Shown: one piece after another, positions 49,063 to 58,151 of the stretch
Numbering within the stretch: the first letter of the stretch is position 1
How the letters are laid out: the number at the start of each line of letters is the position of its first letter
Assembly: GCA_031372065.1 (NCBI GenBank)
Contig: JANMKN010000043.1
Location: 1 to 64,000, forward strand
Length of the DNA stretch: 64,000 nt
Source: Abditibacteriaceae bacterium
Lineage (GTDB): Bacteria; Armatimonadota; Abditibacteriia; Abditibacteriales; Abditibacteriaceae
Reading direction: 5' to 3'
Position numbers and translations under genes: made by a program
Notes under the pieces: generated by a model
The model's database searches: none
What the model saw: only the letters and a program-made list of their open reading frames with translations
What the model was told of the DNA's origin: nothing

Positions 49063-50649
49063 ATGGAGAGCAATCTCACCACGAGCGCGCTGGCCTTGGG
49101 CCTGATTAGTTGGTGTTGCGGCCTTTTCGCGGCGCGGGCGAACACCAACGCTGCAAATAGCCAAGCCGCACAACCGAAAATCGCTTTAACGTATTGGCTT
49201 TTTGCCATTGGCGCGCCGTTGTTATTTTGGGTGCTGACGTTGCCCGAAGCGCCGCCTTTTGGCATCGGTCACGCGTCGGGTAACGGCGTTTTGCTCGGCG
49301 GATTTTGCGCGCTTATGGGCGCTTTCTCGCTGCTCAAAGCCGTTCAATGGAACAGCGATTCATCACGCGCCGCCGGGTTGGGAATGTTGCTGTCTTTGGC
49401 GGCGTCGGCTGTCGTTTTGGTGCCGCTTTTGTGGAAACAAGGGCGTTTTGATGCCTTGATGGGCGTTGGCATCGGCTGGCTGGCGGTATTGTTTTTGTTG
49501 TCGCTGGGTTACGCCTCGCCGCTATTTGCCAAAGCCGCCGCGTTTGGCGTGACGTGCTGCGCGTGTCTGGGCATGGGAATTTTCCGCGACGCCATGATGC
49601 CGGGCGCGGCCAACGCGACATGGGGCGGTTTGATGGCGCTTTTGTGCGCGGCGGTGCCCTTTGCTTTGCTGCTATGCGCCTTGCCCGCCGATTTGATGGC
49701 GCGCAAAATTCCGTTTCCGCAATTGATGCCGCGTCGCGCCGCCGATTCGCAAACGAACGCCGCGCGCGGTTGGCAAATCGTTTTAGCGGCAATTTTGCTG
49801 CTCATTTTGACGCAATTGTTGGCGACCAAAGTGGCCGACAAGCCCGAACTTTTGTTTTGCGCGGCGTGCGGCGCCCTGGCCGGTTTTATCGCGTGGCGTG
49901 TTTGCGCCGATGCCGAAGAAAACAGCCCGCCGTTTTTAGCCGCCTTGGTTTTGCTCTCAGCGTTCATTGTTTCCTATCGCTTGATGCAAGGTTTTGGCGG
50001 CGGCGTGATGATTTTAGCCGCATGGCTGCCGGCATTGGCCGATGATGAAACGCAAACTCGTCAATCGTCAATCGGGGCATCTTCTGAGTCGAATCGTCAA
50101 CCATCAATTGGGGCACCGTCTGGGTCGAATCGTCAATTTGAAAGCCTGCTCGCCTTTGGCGCTGTGGCGATGCTTTATCGCTTTGCCGCGACGCGTTTTC
50201 GTTACGACCTCGACGCGTTGCAACTGGACGAATACTTTTCGTTTTTCGCTTTAATGCTCGGCGCGGCGCTGCCCGCATTTTTGGCCCGCCTGCAAGCCAA
50301 CAAAGAAGAACAATCGCCCCTCGAATCGGGTCTGCGCGCTTTATTGTGCGGCGCGCTTTTGTTGGCGGTTCCGCTGGTGGGAATTATGTTATGGGGCGCG
50401 CAAACGGCTTTGGTTTTAACCGCAGGCGCGGCGCTGGGGCTTTTATTGGTGCCCGCGCAAAATGGGCGCATCGCTCCGGCGTTTTACGCTCTGGGCGGCG
50501 CTTTGGCGCTGGCGCAATGGACAAAACACGCCTTGCCGCTTTACGAAATCACGCGCGCCGACAAAGCCAAATATTTAGGCACGCTGACCATCGGCTTGGC
50601 TGTTTTGCTTTTGGTCGTTGATTTAATTTCGCGCCGCAAAACGCGATGA
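49063..50649 (+). CDS. Multi-pass membrane protein of unknown function
   Basis: 528 aa, many hydrophobic segments; directly upstream of the A2M gene. Confidence 0.75.
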   Translation: MESNLTTSALALGLISWCCGLFAARANTNAANSQAAQPKIALTYWLFAIGAPLLFWVLTLPEAPPFGIGHASGNGVLLGGFCALMGAFSLLKAVQWNSDSSRAAGLGMLLSLAASAVVLVPLLWKQGRFDALMGVGIGWLAVLFLLSLGYASPLFAKAAAFGVTCCACLGMGIFRDAMMPGAANATWGGLMALLCAAVPFALLLCALPADLMARKIPFPQLMPRRAADSQTNAARGWQIVLAAILLLILTQLLATKVADKPELLFCAACGALAGFIAWRVCADAEENSPPFLAALVLLSAFIVSYRLMQGFGGGVMILAAWLPALADDETQTRQSSIGASSESNRQPSIGAPSGSNRQFESLLAFGAVAMLYRFAATRFRYDLDALQLDEYFSFFALMLGAALPAFLARLQANKEEQSPLESGLRALLCGALLLAVPLVGIMLWGAQTALVLTAGAALGLLLVPAQNGRIAPAFYALGGALALAQWTKHALPLYEITRADKAKYLGTLTIGLAVLLLVVDLISRRKTR

Positions 50650-50689
50650 ATTAGCACTGGTGTTTGTGTAGTTTTCTGTGAGGTGTTTT

Positions 50690-53600
50690 ATGTCGGAAAT
50701 TGCTTTTCCCCGCTTTCGTTATGGCAGCGCGATTTTGGCGCTGTTTTGCATCGGCGCGGCGCTTTGTTATGCCGTGTTGCAGGAAACGCCGCGCGGCAAA
50801 CTAAGCGGCCAAATCACGCGCTCGGATACGGGTGCCGTTGTGCCGTTCGCGCGTGTTGTCGCTTACAGCGCGGCGGGCACCTTTTACGCGCGCGCCGATA
50901 GCAAAGGGAATTTTGCCTTTTCCGCTTTGCCTGCCGGTAAATACGAAATCACGGCCTATTCGCGCTCCGAAGCCTTTCGCGCCACCGGCGCTAAAACGAC
51001 AGTTGACGAAGGCTTAAACACCGACCTTCCGCTCACGCTGCATCGCGCGCGGCCCGATTTACAGCAAACGCAGCAGCAAAATGTTTTCGCGCCCGGCGAA
51101 GCGGTTTTTCTGCCGGTTCATGGCTACGTCAATCCCGATAAAGCGAAAAACGCCGACATGCTTCATGTGAAAGTTTGGAAAACGCGCTTATCCAGCATCA
51201 TGCAAGACGAGGAAGCGGCGCGCGCGCTTTCGGCTGTGGCCTCGCGCTGGGAGCGCAAAGATTCGCTGCCGACAGTGCTGATTAATCCAGCAGGTCAAAG
51301 CGGCGCACGACTGATTTCTGACGCCGATATTCCCATCCGCGAAGCCGATGCCGAAGGCTTTTATCACAAGCGTGTGGCGTTGCCCGCGCAAGGCGTCGGC
51401 TTATATTTAGTCGAGGTTTCGCACGCGCAAGACAAGGAAACCAAAAGCGTTTGCGGTTGGATGAATGTCACGTCAACCTCGCTGATTTTAAAGAAAACGC
51501 GCGAATCGGCTTTGGCTTTTGTCACCGATTTGCAAAGCGGCGCGCCCAAGAAAAATTTTGAAGTCGGCTTGTTTTATAAAGGCCAAAAATACGGCCATGC
51601 CAAAACCGATGTTAGTGGTTTAGCGACCTTGCCTGTGCCACAAACGAGCGAAGGAAAAATCATCGCCATTGCGCAATTAAACGGTGACGAAGCGGTTTTA
51701 GGCCGCGAATTATACGGAGAGGAAAACAGCGGCAACGTCGTCACGCACGTTTATACAGACCGTCCGATTTATCGCCCCGGCCAGAAGATTTCGTTTAAGG
51801 GCGTGACGCGCCTGCGCGCCCCAAAACCTGACAATTCAAAGTTCCTTTTTGCCGATTGGCACGTTAAACAGCAGGCGCACGGTTTTCTGTTTTCCAATAC
51901 GTCTGCTGGTTTTGCTCAAATTGAAGTGCGCGACCCATCGGGCGTGCAGATTTTTAAATCACAAAAACCGATTAACAATTACGGCTCGTTCGCGGGCGAT
52001 TTTGAACTTTCGCCTCAAGCGCCCACCGGCAATTATTCTTTGATTTCTACGGTTGATGGGCAGGAAACTTCGACGGACATTACCATCGCGGCTTATCGCA
52101 AACCGGAATTTGAAGTGAGCGTCACGCCCGCCAAAGAGCGCTATTATGCGGGCGAAGGCATGAGCGCGACTATAGGGGCAAAATACTATTTCGGCACGCC
52201 CGTCGCGGGCGCCAAGGTGCGTTTTGAGATTTATCGCAACGCCGATTGGAGCAGCGAGGGCGATTACAACGAAGACGATGGCGAAAGCTACGACTACGGC
52301 GAATTTATCCGCGAGGGCGAAGGCGTTTTGGATGAAAATGGCAAATTAATCGTCCCATTTTCGGCCCAAAGCGCAGGGGAACTCGAAGCGCTGTCCGGCA
52401 AAAAACGGGAAGTGCAAGAAGAGAGCGAAGATGAACTGCACAATTTCAGTTCCGATCATGCACAGGTCTTCACGGCTCATGTCACCGTTACCGATCAGGC
52501 CGAGCGCGAAGTGCAAGCCGAAGGCAAAACGCGCCAAGTGGCGGGCGATTTTACGCTCGACTTGCAGCCGCAAGGCTACGTCGCCGAGCCGGGCAAAGCC
52601 ACTGCGCTTACCATCGCCGCGCGCGATTACGAAGGCAAGCCCGTCGCCAATTTGCCGCTTGAAGTTGAACTGGGCTATTGGCGCTCTGCCGAAAAAGAAA
52701 AAGGCAGCACCTTTATCGCTTTGCGGTCGCAAAAATTTACAACCAACGCGCAAGGCGTGGCAACGGGTAGCATCACGCCGCCGCGCGGCGGCGATTTGCA
52801 ACTCACGGCGCGCGCCAAAGATTCCGGCGGGCGCGCCATTCAAGACCGCACGAATTTATGGGCTGTGAGTAGCAGCGGCGATTATTCGGATTACGGCAGT
52901 TACGACAGCGATTTATCGCTTTTTACCGACAAAAAACAATATGAAGCGGGCCAAACGGCGCGCGTTTTAATCAACAGCGGCAAAACCGGCCAAAGCGTTT
53001 TGCTCACCCTCGAAGGCGAGCGCATTTATCGTTCGTTTGTGGTGCCGATTAAACAGCGCAGCACACTTGTGCAAGTGCCGATTCAAAACGAATACGGCCC
53101 GAATGTGTATTTGGCGGCGTGCTATGTCAAAGACAAAAAATTCGCGCAAAGCGAGGTGCCGCTGCGCGTTCATGTGGCGGACAGGGAAGTGAAAGTTGCC
53201 ATTCGCGCCGATAAAACCGATTACGCACCGGGCGGAAAAATCAGCTACGCCGTGCAAACCACCGATGCCAAAGGCAAGCCGATTCCTGCCGAGTTTTCGT
53301 TTGGCGTAGTGGACGAAAGCATTTATGCTTTGCGCGAAGATAAGCCCGAATCTTTGCGCGAAACGTTTTATCCGCGCCGCGAAAATCGCGTTTCGACTTC
53401 GTATTCGTTCGCCACGGAATATCTCGGCGACGCCAACAAAGCAGGCATGAAAATCGAGCCGCGTCGCAAGTTTGTGGACACCGCGTTTTGGCAGCCGCTT
53501 GCGCACACTGATGCCAACGGACAGGCAAAAATCTCCTTCGCATTGCCCGATAATCTCACCAAATGGCGCGCCACGGCTATCGCTCAAACGCACGACACGG

Positions 53601-55582
53601 CGTTTGGTTTTAACACGCAAAAAGTGACGGTGAGCAAAGAGTTTTTCGTGCGCCTCGACAAGCCGCGTTTTCTCACGCAAAACGACAACGCGCAATTAAC
53701 AGCCTTCGTGCATAACGAAACCGGCAAAGCGCAAAAAGTGAGCGTGCAATTGGATTTGCAAGGCCTTGATTCGTCGCTGGAAAAAACGCAGAAAATTGAA
53801 ATCGCGCCGAATGAAGTCAAAGAAATCTTGTGGCCGGTGAATGCCAAAACCTTCGGCGAGGCAAAAATCACGCTGTCGGCGTGGACAAGTAACCGCCAGT
53901 TTTCGGATGCGCTCGAAGACAAATTGCCTGTTCGTCCTCATGGCCGCGAAACCATCAGCGGCAGGGCCGGACAAGTCACAAATAAAGCCAGCGAAACCAT
54001 CAAACTCGAAGCCAACGCCATCAAAAGTGCCAGTCATCTGAGCGTGCGCGTTACGCCTTCAATTATGTCGGCATTGAGCGGCGGCTTGGAATATCTGACG
54101 GGTTTTCCTTACGGTTGTGTAGAACAAACACTAAGTCGGTTTCTGCCGGATATTTTGGTTGATCGTTTAATGAAAAACGGCGTGTCGTTGGGCAACAGTC
54201 AAGCGCGGTTGCAACGCGACCTGCCCGCGATGGTGCGTGATGGCTTAACGCAACTTTATGCCATGCAGCACGAATCGGGCGCGTGGGGTTGGTGGGAATA
54301 CGACGAAGATCATCCTTGGATGACGGCGTATGTTTTATATGGTCTCACGCAAGCGAAAAGCGCCGGTTACGCCGTGGATGAAGAGCGCTTTCGGCGCGGA
54401 CGACAAGGCGGTTTGGCTTTGCTGCCCAAGGCGCAGGGAGTGCATCGCGCCTTTTTGCTTTATTCTTTGGCGCTTTCATCGCAAACGAGCGCCGAACGCG
54501 CCGCGATTGCCAAAGAACGCGGCAAAACCAAGTGGAACGGCTGGGACGCCGAGCCGATTTCGTATTTGCTTTTGACTGACCACATTTTGAATTCTCCCGA
54601 TCCAAAATTAGGAGCCGCCTTCGAGCGTCGCGCTGTTTCCGCTGACGGCATGACGCATTTCACGCATTGGCCGACGGGCAAATGGGAATTTCACGATTAC
54701 GATTACGATGATATAACTGCCACCAGTGCCGCGCTTCGCGCGATGCTGAAAAAGAACCCCAACGACGCGCGCATCGCTGGCATTTTGCGCTGGCTGATGG
54801 CGCGGCGGACCGGCGATTTTTGGGAATCCACGCGCGATACCAGTTGTGTTTTAAGCGCCTTGTGCGATTATCTGCTTGCCAAACCAAACGCGGCCCAGTT
54901 GGGCGGCGCTTTAACGGTAAAACTCAATGGCGCGCCTCTGAAATCGTGGACGCTTTCGTCCTCGGCCAACTACGCTGCCGATTTGCAAATCGCTGTTTCC
55001 GGCGACAAATTAAAAGCTGGAATCAACAACATTTCGCTGGAACGCAGCGGCGGCAGCAGTCCGGTTTTCTATGCGGTGCAACTGCGACAAACCATCGGCA
55101 GCGAAGACATTGCGCCTTTGCCGGGCAACTTGAAAATCAATCGAGAATATCTGCGCGTTTCCACGCCCGAACGCGCCCGCAAGTGGCAAACAAAAACCGA
55201 GCCGACGAATAATCGCTTGGCGCAAGGCGATCAGATTTTGGTGAAGCTAACTTTCACCGCGCCGCGCGATATGGCCTATGTTCTTATCGAAGACGCTTAT
55301 CCTTCCGGCTGCGAAGTGACAGAACGCGGCACCGCCGACCAAGACCTTGCCGGCGAAGATTACAATTACGGCTATTCGTCCATTCAAGTCTCAAATGTAG
55401 ATGTGCGCGATGACCGCATCGCCTTTTTCGCGCGCAAAGTGTCGGCGGGCACGCACACAATTTCGTATCATTTGCGCGCCCAAACGCCGGGCGTTTATCA
55501 CGTCATGCCCGCACAAATGCAAGCGATGTATGACCCGCAGTTGCGCGCCGAAAGCGCCGAAAACAGGGTGGAAGTGCGGTGA
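50690..55582 (+). CDS. Bacterial alpha-2-macroglobulin family protein
   Basis: YTDRPIYRPG, YRKPEFEV, VVDESI, LPDNLTKW, FPYGCVEQ thioester motif, MPAQMQAMYDP. Confidence 0.93.
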   Translation: MSEIAFPRFRYGSAILALFCIGAALCYAVLQETPRGKLSGQITRSDTGAVVPFARVVAYSAAGTFYARADSKGNFAFSALPAGKYEITAYSRSEAFRATGAKTTVDEGLNTDLPLTLHRARPDLQQTQQQNVFAPGEAVFLPVHGYVNPDKAKNADMLHVKVWKTRLSSIMQDEEAARALSAVASRWERKDSLPTVLINPAGQSGARLISDADIPIREADAEGFYHKRVALPAQGVGLYLVEVSHAQDKETKSVCGWMNVTSTSLILKKTRESALAFVTDLQSGAPKKNFEVGLFYKGQKYGHAKTDVSGLATLPVPQTSEGKIIAIAQLNGDEAVLGRELYGEENSGNVVTHVYTDRPIYRPGQKISFKGVTRLRAPKPDNSKFLFADWHVKQQAHGFLFSNTSAGFAQIEVRDPSGVQIFKSQKPINNYGSFAGDFELSPQAPTGNYSLISTVDGQETSTDITIAAYRKPEFEVSVTPAKERYYAGEGMSATIGAKYYFGTPVAGAKVRFEIYRNADWSSEGDYNEDDGESYDYGEFIREGEGVLDENGKLIVPFSAQSAGELEALSGKKREVQEESEDELHNFSSDHAQVFTAHVTVTDQAEREVQAEGKTRQVAGDFTLDLQPQGYVAEPGKATALTIAARDYEGKPVANLPLEVELGYWRSAEKEKGSTFIALRSQKFTTNAQGVATGSITPPRGGDLQLTARAKDSGGRAIQDRTNLWAVSSSGDYSDYGSYDSDLSLFTDKKQYEAGQTARVLINSGKTGQSVLLTLEGERIYRSFVVPIKQRSTLVQVPIQNEYGPNVYLAACYVKDKKFAQSEVPLRVHVADREVKVAIRADKTDYAPGGKISYAVQTTDAKGKPIPAEFSFGVVDESIYALREDKPESLRETFYPRRENRVSTSYSFATEYLGDANKAGMKIEPRRKFVDTAFWQPLAHTDANGQAKISFALPDNLTKWRATAIAQTHDTAFGFNTQKVTVSKEFFVRLDKPRFLTQNDNAQLTAFVHNETGKAQKVSVQLDLQGLDSSLEKTQKIEIAPNEVKEILWPVNAKTFGEAKITLSAWTSNRQFSDALEDKLPVRPHGRETISGRAGQVTNKASETIKLEANAIKSASHLSVRVTPSIMSALSGGLEYLTGFPYGCVEQTLSRFLPDILVDRLMKNGVSLGNSQARLQRDLPAMVRDGLTQLYAMQHESGAWGWWEYDEDHPWMTAYVLYGLTQAKSAGYAVDEERFRRGRQGGLALLPKAQGVHRAFLLYSLALSSQTSAERAAIAKERGKTKWNGWDAEPISYLLLTDHILNSPDPKLGAAFERRAVSADGMTHFTHWPTGKWEFHDYDYDDITATSAALRAMLKKNPNDARIAGILRWLMARRTGDFWESTRDTSCVLSALCDYLLAKPNAAQLGGALTVKLNGAPLKSWTLSSSANYAADLQIAVSGDKLKAGINNISLERSGGSSPVFYAVQLRQTIGSEDIAPLPGNLKINREYLRVSTPERARKWQTKTEPTNNRLAQGDQILVKLTFTAPRDMAYVLIEDAYPSGCEVTERGTADQDLAGEDYNYGYSSIQVSNVDVRDDRIAFFARKVSAGTHTISYHLRAQTPGVYHVMPAQMQAMYDPQLRAESAENRVEVR

Positions 55583-55583
55583 T

Positions 55584-57233
55584 TTACTCGCCCGGTGTGT
55601 CTTGTTGCGGATCGTGAGGGATGACGAAGATAAATTTGGAGCCTTTGCCGATTTCGCTTTCGGCCCAGATTTCGCCTTGATGACGATCGACTAAATGCTT
55701 TACCAAAAACAGGCCAATGCCGGTGCCGCCTGCCATGCGGGTGTCTTGGTTATCCACGCGCTCGAACTTTTCAAAAACGCGGCTCAATTTGTTGGCCGGA
55801 ATGCCGATGCCTTGATCGCTGATGCAAACTGTTAAATTCTTTTCGTCGCTGTTGAAATCCACCAGCACTTCGCCGCCATGCGGGGAGTATTTGATGGCAT
55901 TGGAAACGAGATTGGTGATGATCTGATCGAATTTGTCGCAGTCGCCAGTGATAGGCGGAATGGTGCTGCGTGTTTTGAGTTTGAGATGATGCTTATCGCT
56001 GGCGTAGGAGCGTTGCACGCGCAGGGCTTTTTGAGCAATTTCCACCGGATCGAACGTGCTCCAGTTCATTTCCAGCGCGCGGCCCGATTCGATGCGCGAA
56101 ACGTTTAATAAATCGTCAATCAGGCGGCGCAAACGGTCACATTCGCTATCAATAATCTCGTAGAACTCCAAACGGTCTTCGTTGGTGAAATAACCTTCGG
56201 TATCTTGCAAAAGCGTGGAGATAAAGCCCTTAATGGAAGTCAGCGGCGTGCGCAATTCGTGCGAAACGGTGGAGACGAACGCGGTTTTCATGCGCTCGAC
56301 GTTGCGAATGGCCGTGATGTCGTTGAAAACCACGGCGACGCCCATTAATATATTGGAGCCGCCGTGTTGGGCGCGCACAAAGGCGGTTTGCGCTTGAAAA
56401 ATGCGCGTTTCGCTGTCGTCGCCGATGCCCAATTGCACTTCGATTTCGCGATGCGTTTCGTGGCGTTGATCGAACACTTCGTCCAGCATTTCGCGCACTG
56501 TCGGGTTTTGAATGGCGTCGCGGAAATGTTTGCGCAGCGAATTTTCGCCCATGCCGAAAATCTGCGCCGCCGCCGGGTTCATCAGCGAAATCGTGCCGTC
56601 CGGGTCCAGCATGATAACGCCTGCCAAAAGGCTTTGCAGCGTGGCTTGCAACTGTTCTTTTTCTTCGGCAAGGCGCAAATACATTTGCGCGTTGGTGATG
56701 GCGGCAGTCACTTGCCGCGCCATAGTGTTTAAAAGCAGTAAATCTTCGCTGGAAAAGTCTTCGCCCGCGCGTTTGTTGATAATCAGCAGCACGCCCACTG
56801 TAACGTGCGCGATGACGCGTTCTTGTTCGTCGCGGCGCTCCATAACGAGCGGTTGCGCGATGAGATTGCGCACATTTAAGGGGCCAAGGCGCGCGCGATC
56901 CGCTTCGGAAAGGCTTTCAAATTGGGCCGCCGTTTCGATGACAACAGGAGCACTATGGTGATAAACCTCGCCGCCCAAACCGGCGTTGGACGACAAGCGG
57001 AGTTGGCGAATTTGGTCGGGCGTAAGGCCCAAAGAAGGCGCTCTGGCTACCAAGTCGCTGCTTTCGTGATCGTAAAGCAGAAACGCACAGCGCTCGGCCT
57101 GAAGCATCATCGCCACGCGGCGCACAAGACGCTGGAGCGTTTGTTCCAACTCAGTGGCCGAAGGCATTTGCGGCGAGGCGCCGTTGCCTGCCTGACCGTT
57201 GGAATGAGAATGCGTAGCGGGAGTATCTTCCAT
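55584..57233 (-). CDS. Cytoplasmic GAF-PAS histidine kinase
   Basis: VSHELRTPLTSIKG, NLVSNAIKYS, DQGIGI, GTGIGL. Confidence 0.9.
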   Translation of the reverse strand: MEDTPATHSHSNGQAGNGASPQMPSATELEQTLQRLVRRVAMMLQAERCAFLLYDHESSDLVARAPSLGLTPDQIRQLRLSSNAGLGGEVYHHSAPVVIETAAQFESLSEADRARLGPLNVRNLIAQPLVMERRDEQERVIAHVTVGVLLIINKRAGEDFSSEDLLLLNTMARQVTAAITNAQMYLRLAEEKEQLQATLQSLLAGVIMLDPDGTISLMNPAAAQIFGMGENSLRKHFRDAIQNPTVREMLDEVFDQRHETHREIEVQLGIGDDSETRIFQAQTAFVRAQHGGSNILMGVAVVFNDITAIRNVERMKTAFVSTVSHELRTPLTSIKGFISTLLQDTEGYFTNEDRLEFYEIIDSECDRLRRLIDDLLNVSRIESGRALEMNWSTFDPVEIAQKALRVQRSYASDKHHLKLKTRSTIPPITGDCDKFDQIITNLVSNAIKYSPHGGEVLVDFNSDEKNLTVCISDQGIGIPANKLSRVFEKFERVDNQDTRMAGGTGIGLFLVKHLVDRHQGEIWAESEIGKGSKFIFVIPHDPQQDTPGE

Positions 57234-57332
57234 CGAACTGTAAAAATTTGAGATATTGAAAAGGCGGAGCCACCCCGTTATTCAAAGAATCAACGTGGAA
57301 TGGCCCCGCCCCAATGTGGGTCGGTAGCGCGA

Positions 57333-57827
57333 TTACCCAGTGTTGCCAGAATCTTCAGGACGCGCCTCGCTACCGGTGCCCTTACGTTTTTCGTCTTTGC
57401 GCTTGTCTTCCTTGCGCTTGTCGTCCTTGCGTTCGGGTTTCAAATTCAGACGGGGCGCTTCGCTCGCGGGCGGTTTTTCGTCGCCTGCGGGCGGTGCGTG
57501 CTGGCGCAAAGCCGCCAAATCGTTGAGTTCCTTCAAATGCACTGAAAAATCAAGCAATTCCGCTTCGGAGATAGGCCCAGCTTCCGCCAGACGCTCACGC
57601 TCGTTGTCCGAAAGCTCATCGTGGTCTGGTTCCAATAATGTCCAGTCCCAACGCGCTTCGGGGACGAAAGTCTGCCCCATTCGCTTGCAGCGACGGCAGC
57701 GAAACTTGACGTAAACGTAATTTTGCCCCGGCGCCCGTTCGTATAAATCGGTGCGCATGATTTCTCTGGCTTGAATCCGATGCCCACAACAACGGCACTG
57801 CACTTCTTGTTTGCTCATACTGCCCAT
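57333..57827 (-). CDS. Hypothetical zinc-ribbon protein
   Basis: CRCCG...FRCRRC; charged C-terminal tail. Confidence 0.65.
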   Translation of the reverse strand: MGSMSKQEVQCRCCGHRIQAREIMRTDLYERAPGQNYVYVKFRCRRCKRMGQTFVPEARWDWTLLEPDHDELSDNERERLAEAGPISEAELLDFSVHLKELNDLAALRQHAPPAGDEKPPASEAPRLNLKPERKDDKRKEDKRKDEKRKGTGSEARPEDSGNTG

Positions 57828-58151
57828 AAGGAGATGACCTCCGAACGACAGTATAGTAGGTGGCGAGTGGTGAGTGGTAGGATGAAGCGAATGTGTTCAG
57901 GGCAATCGCAGAAGAAATACTTGTGACGAATCGGCACCCGTCGGGACGTAATTCACTCCATCCGTTGCTGCTGTGTCATCTGCGCCTGCCCGTTTGGAAG
58001 AGAGTCCGCACCTGCCCACAGATGGGCGCCCGGCGCCCGACTCCGCTAAATGACTTAGCGGCTCCGCCGAACCAGTGATTTTCCGGCGAATCTGTTGGGT
58101 TTGAGTTAGTTTTGGAGTGCGGCCATCGTCGTTTGATGTGTGACGCCAAAT

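Noticed and set aside
57893..58078. 61-aa ORF or group II intron fragment
   Set aside because: No recognisable motif; no GTGCG start in context and no domain V consensus
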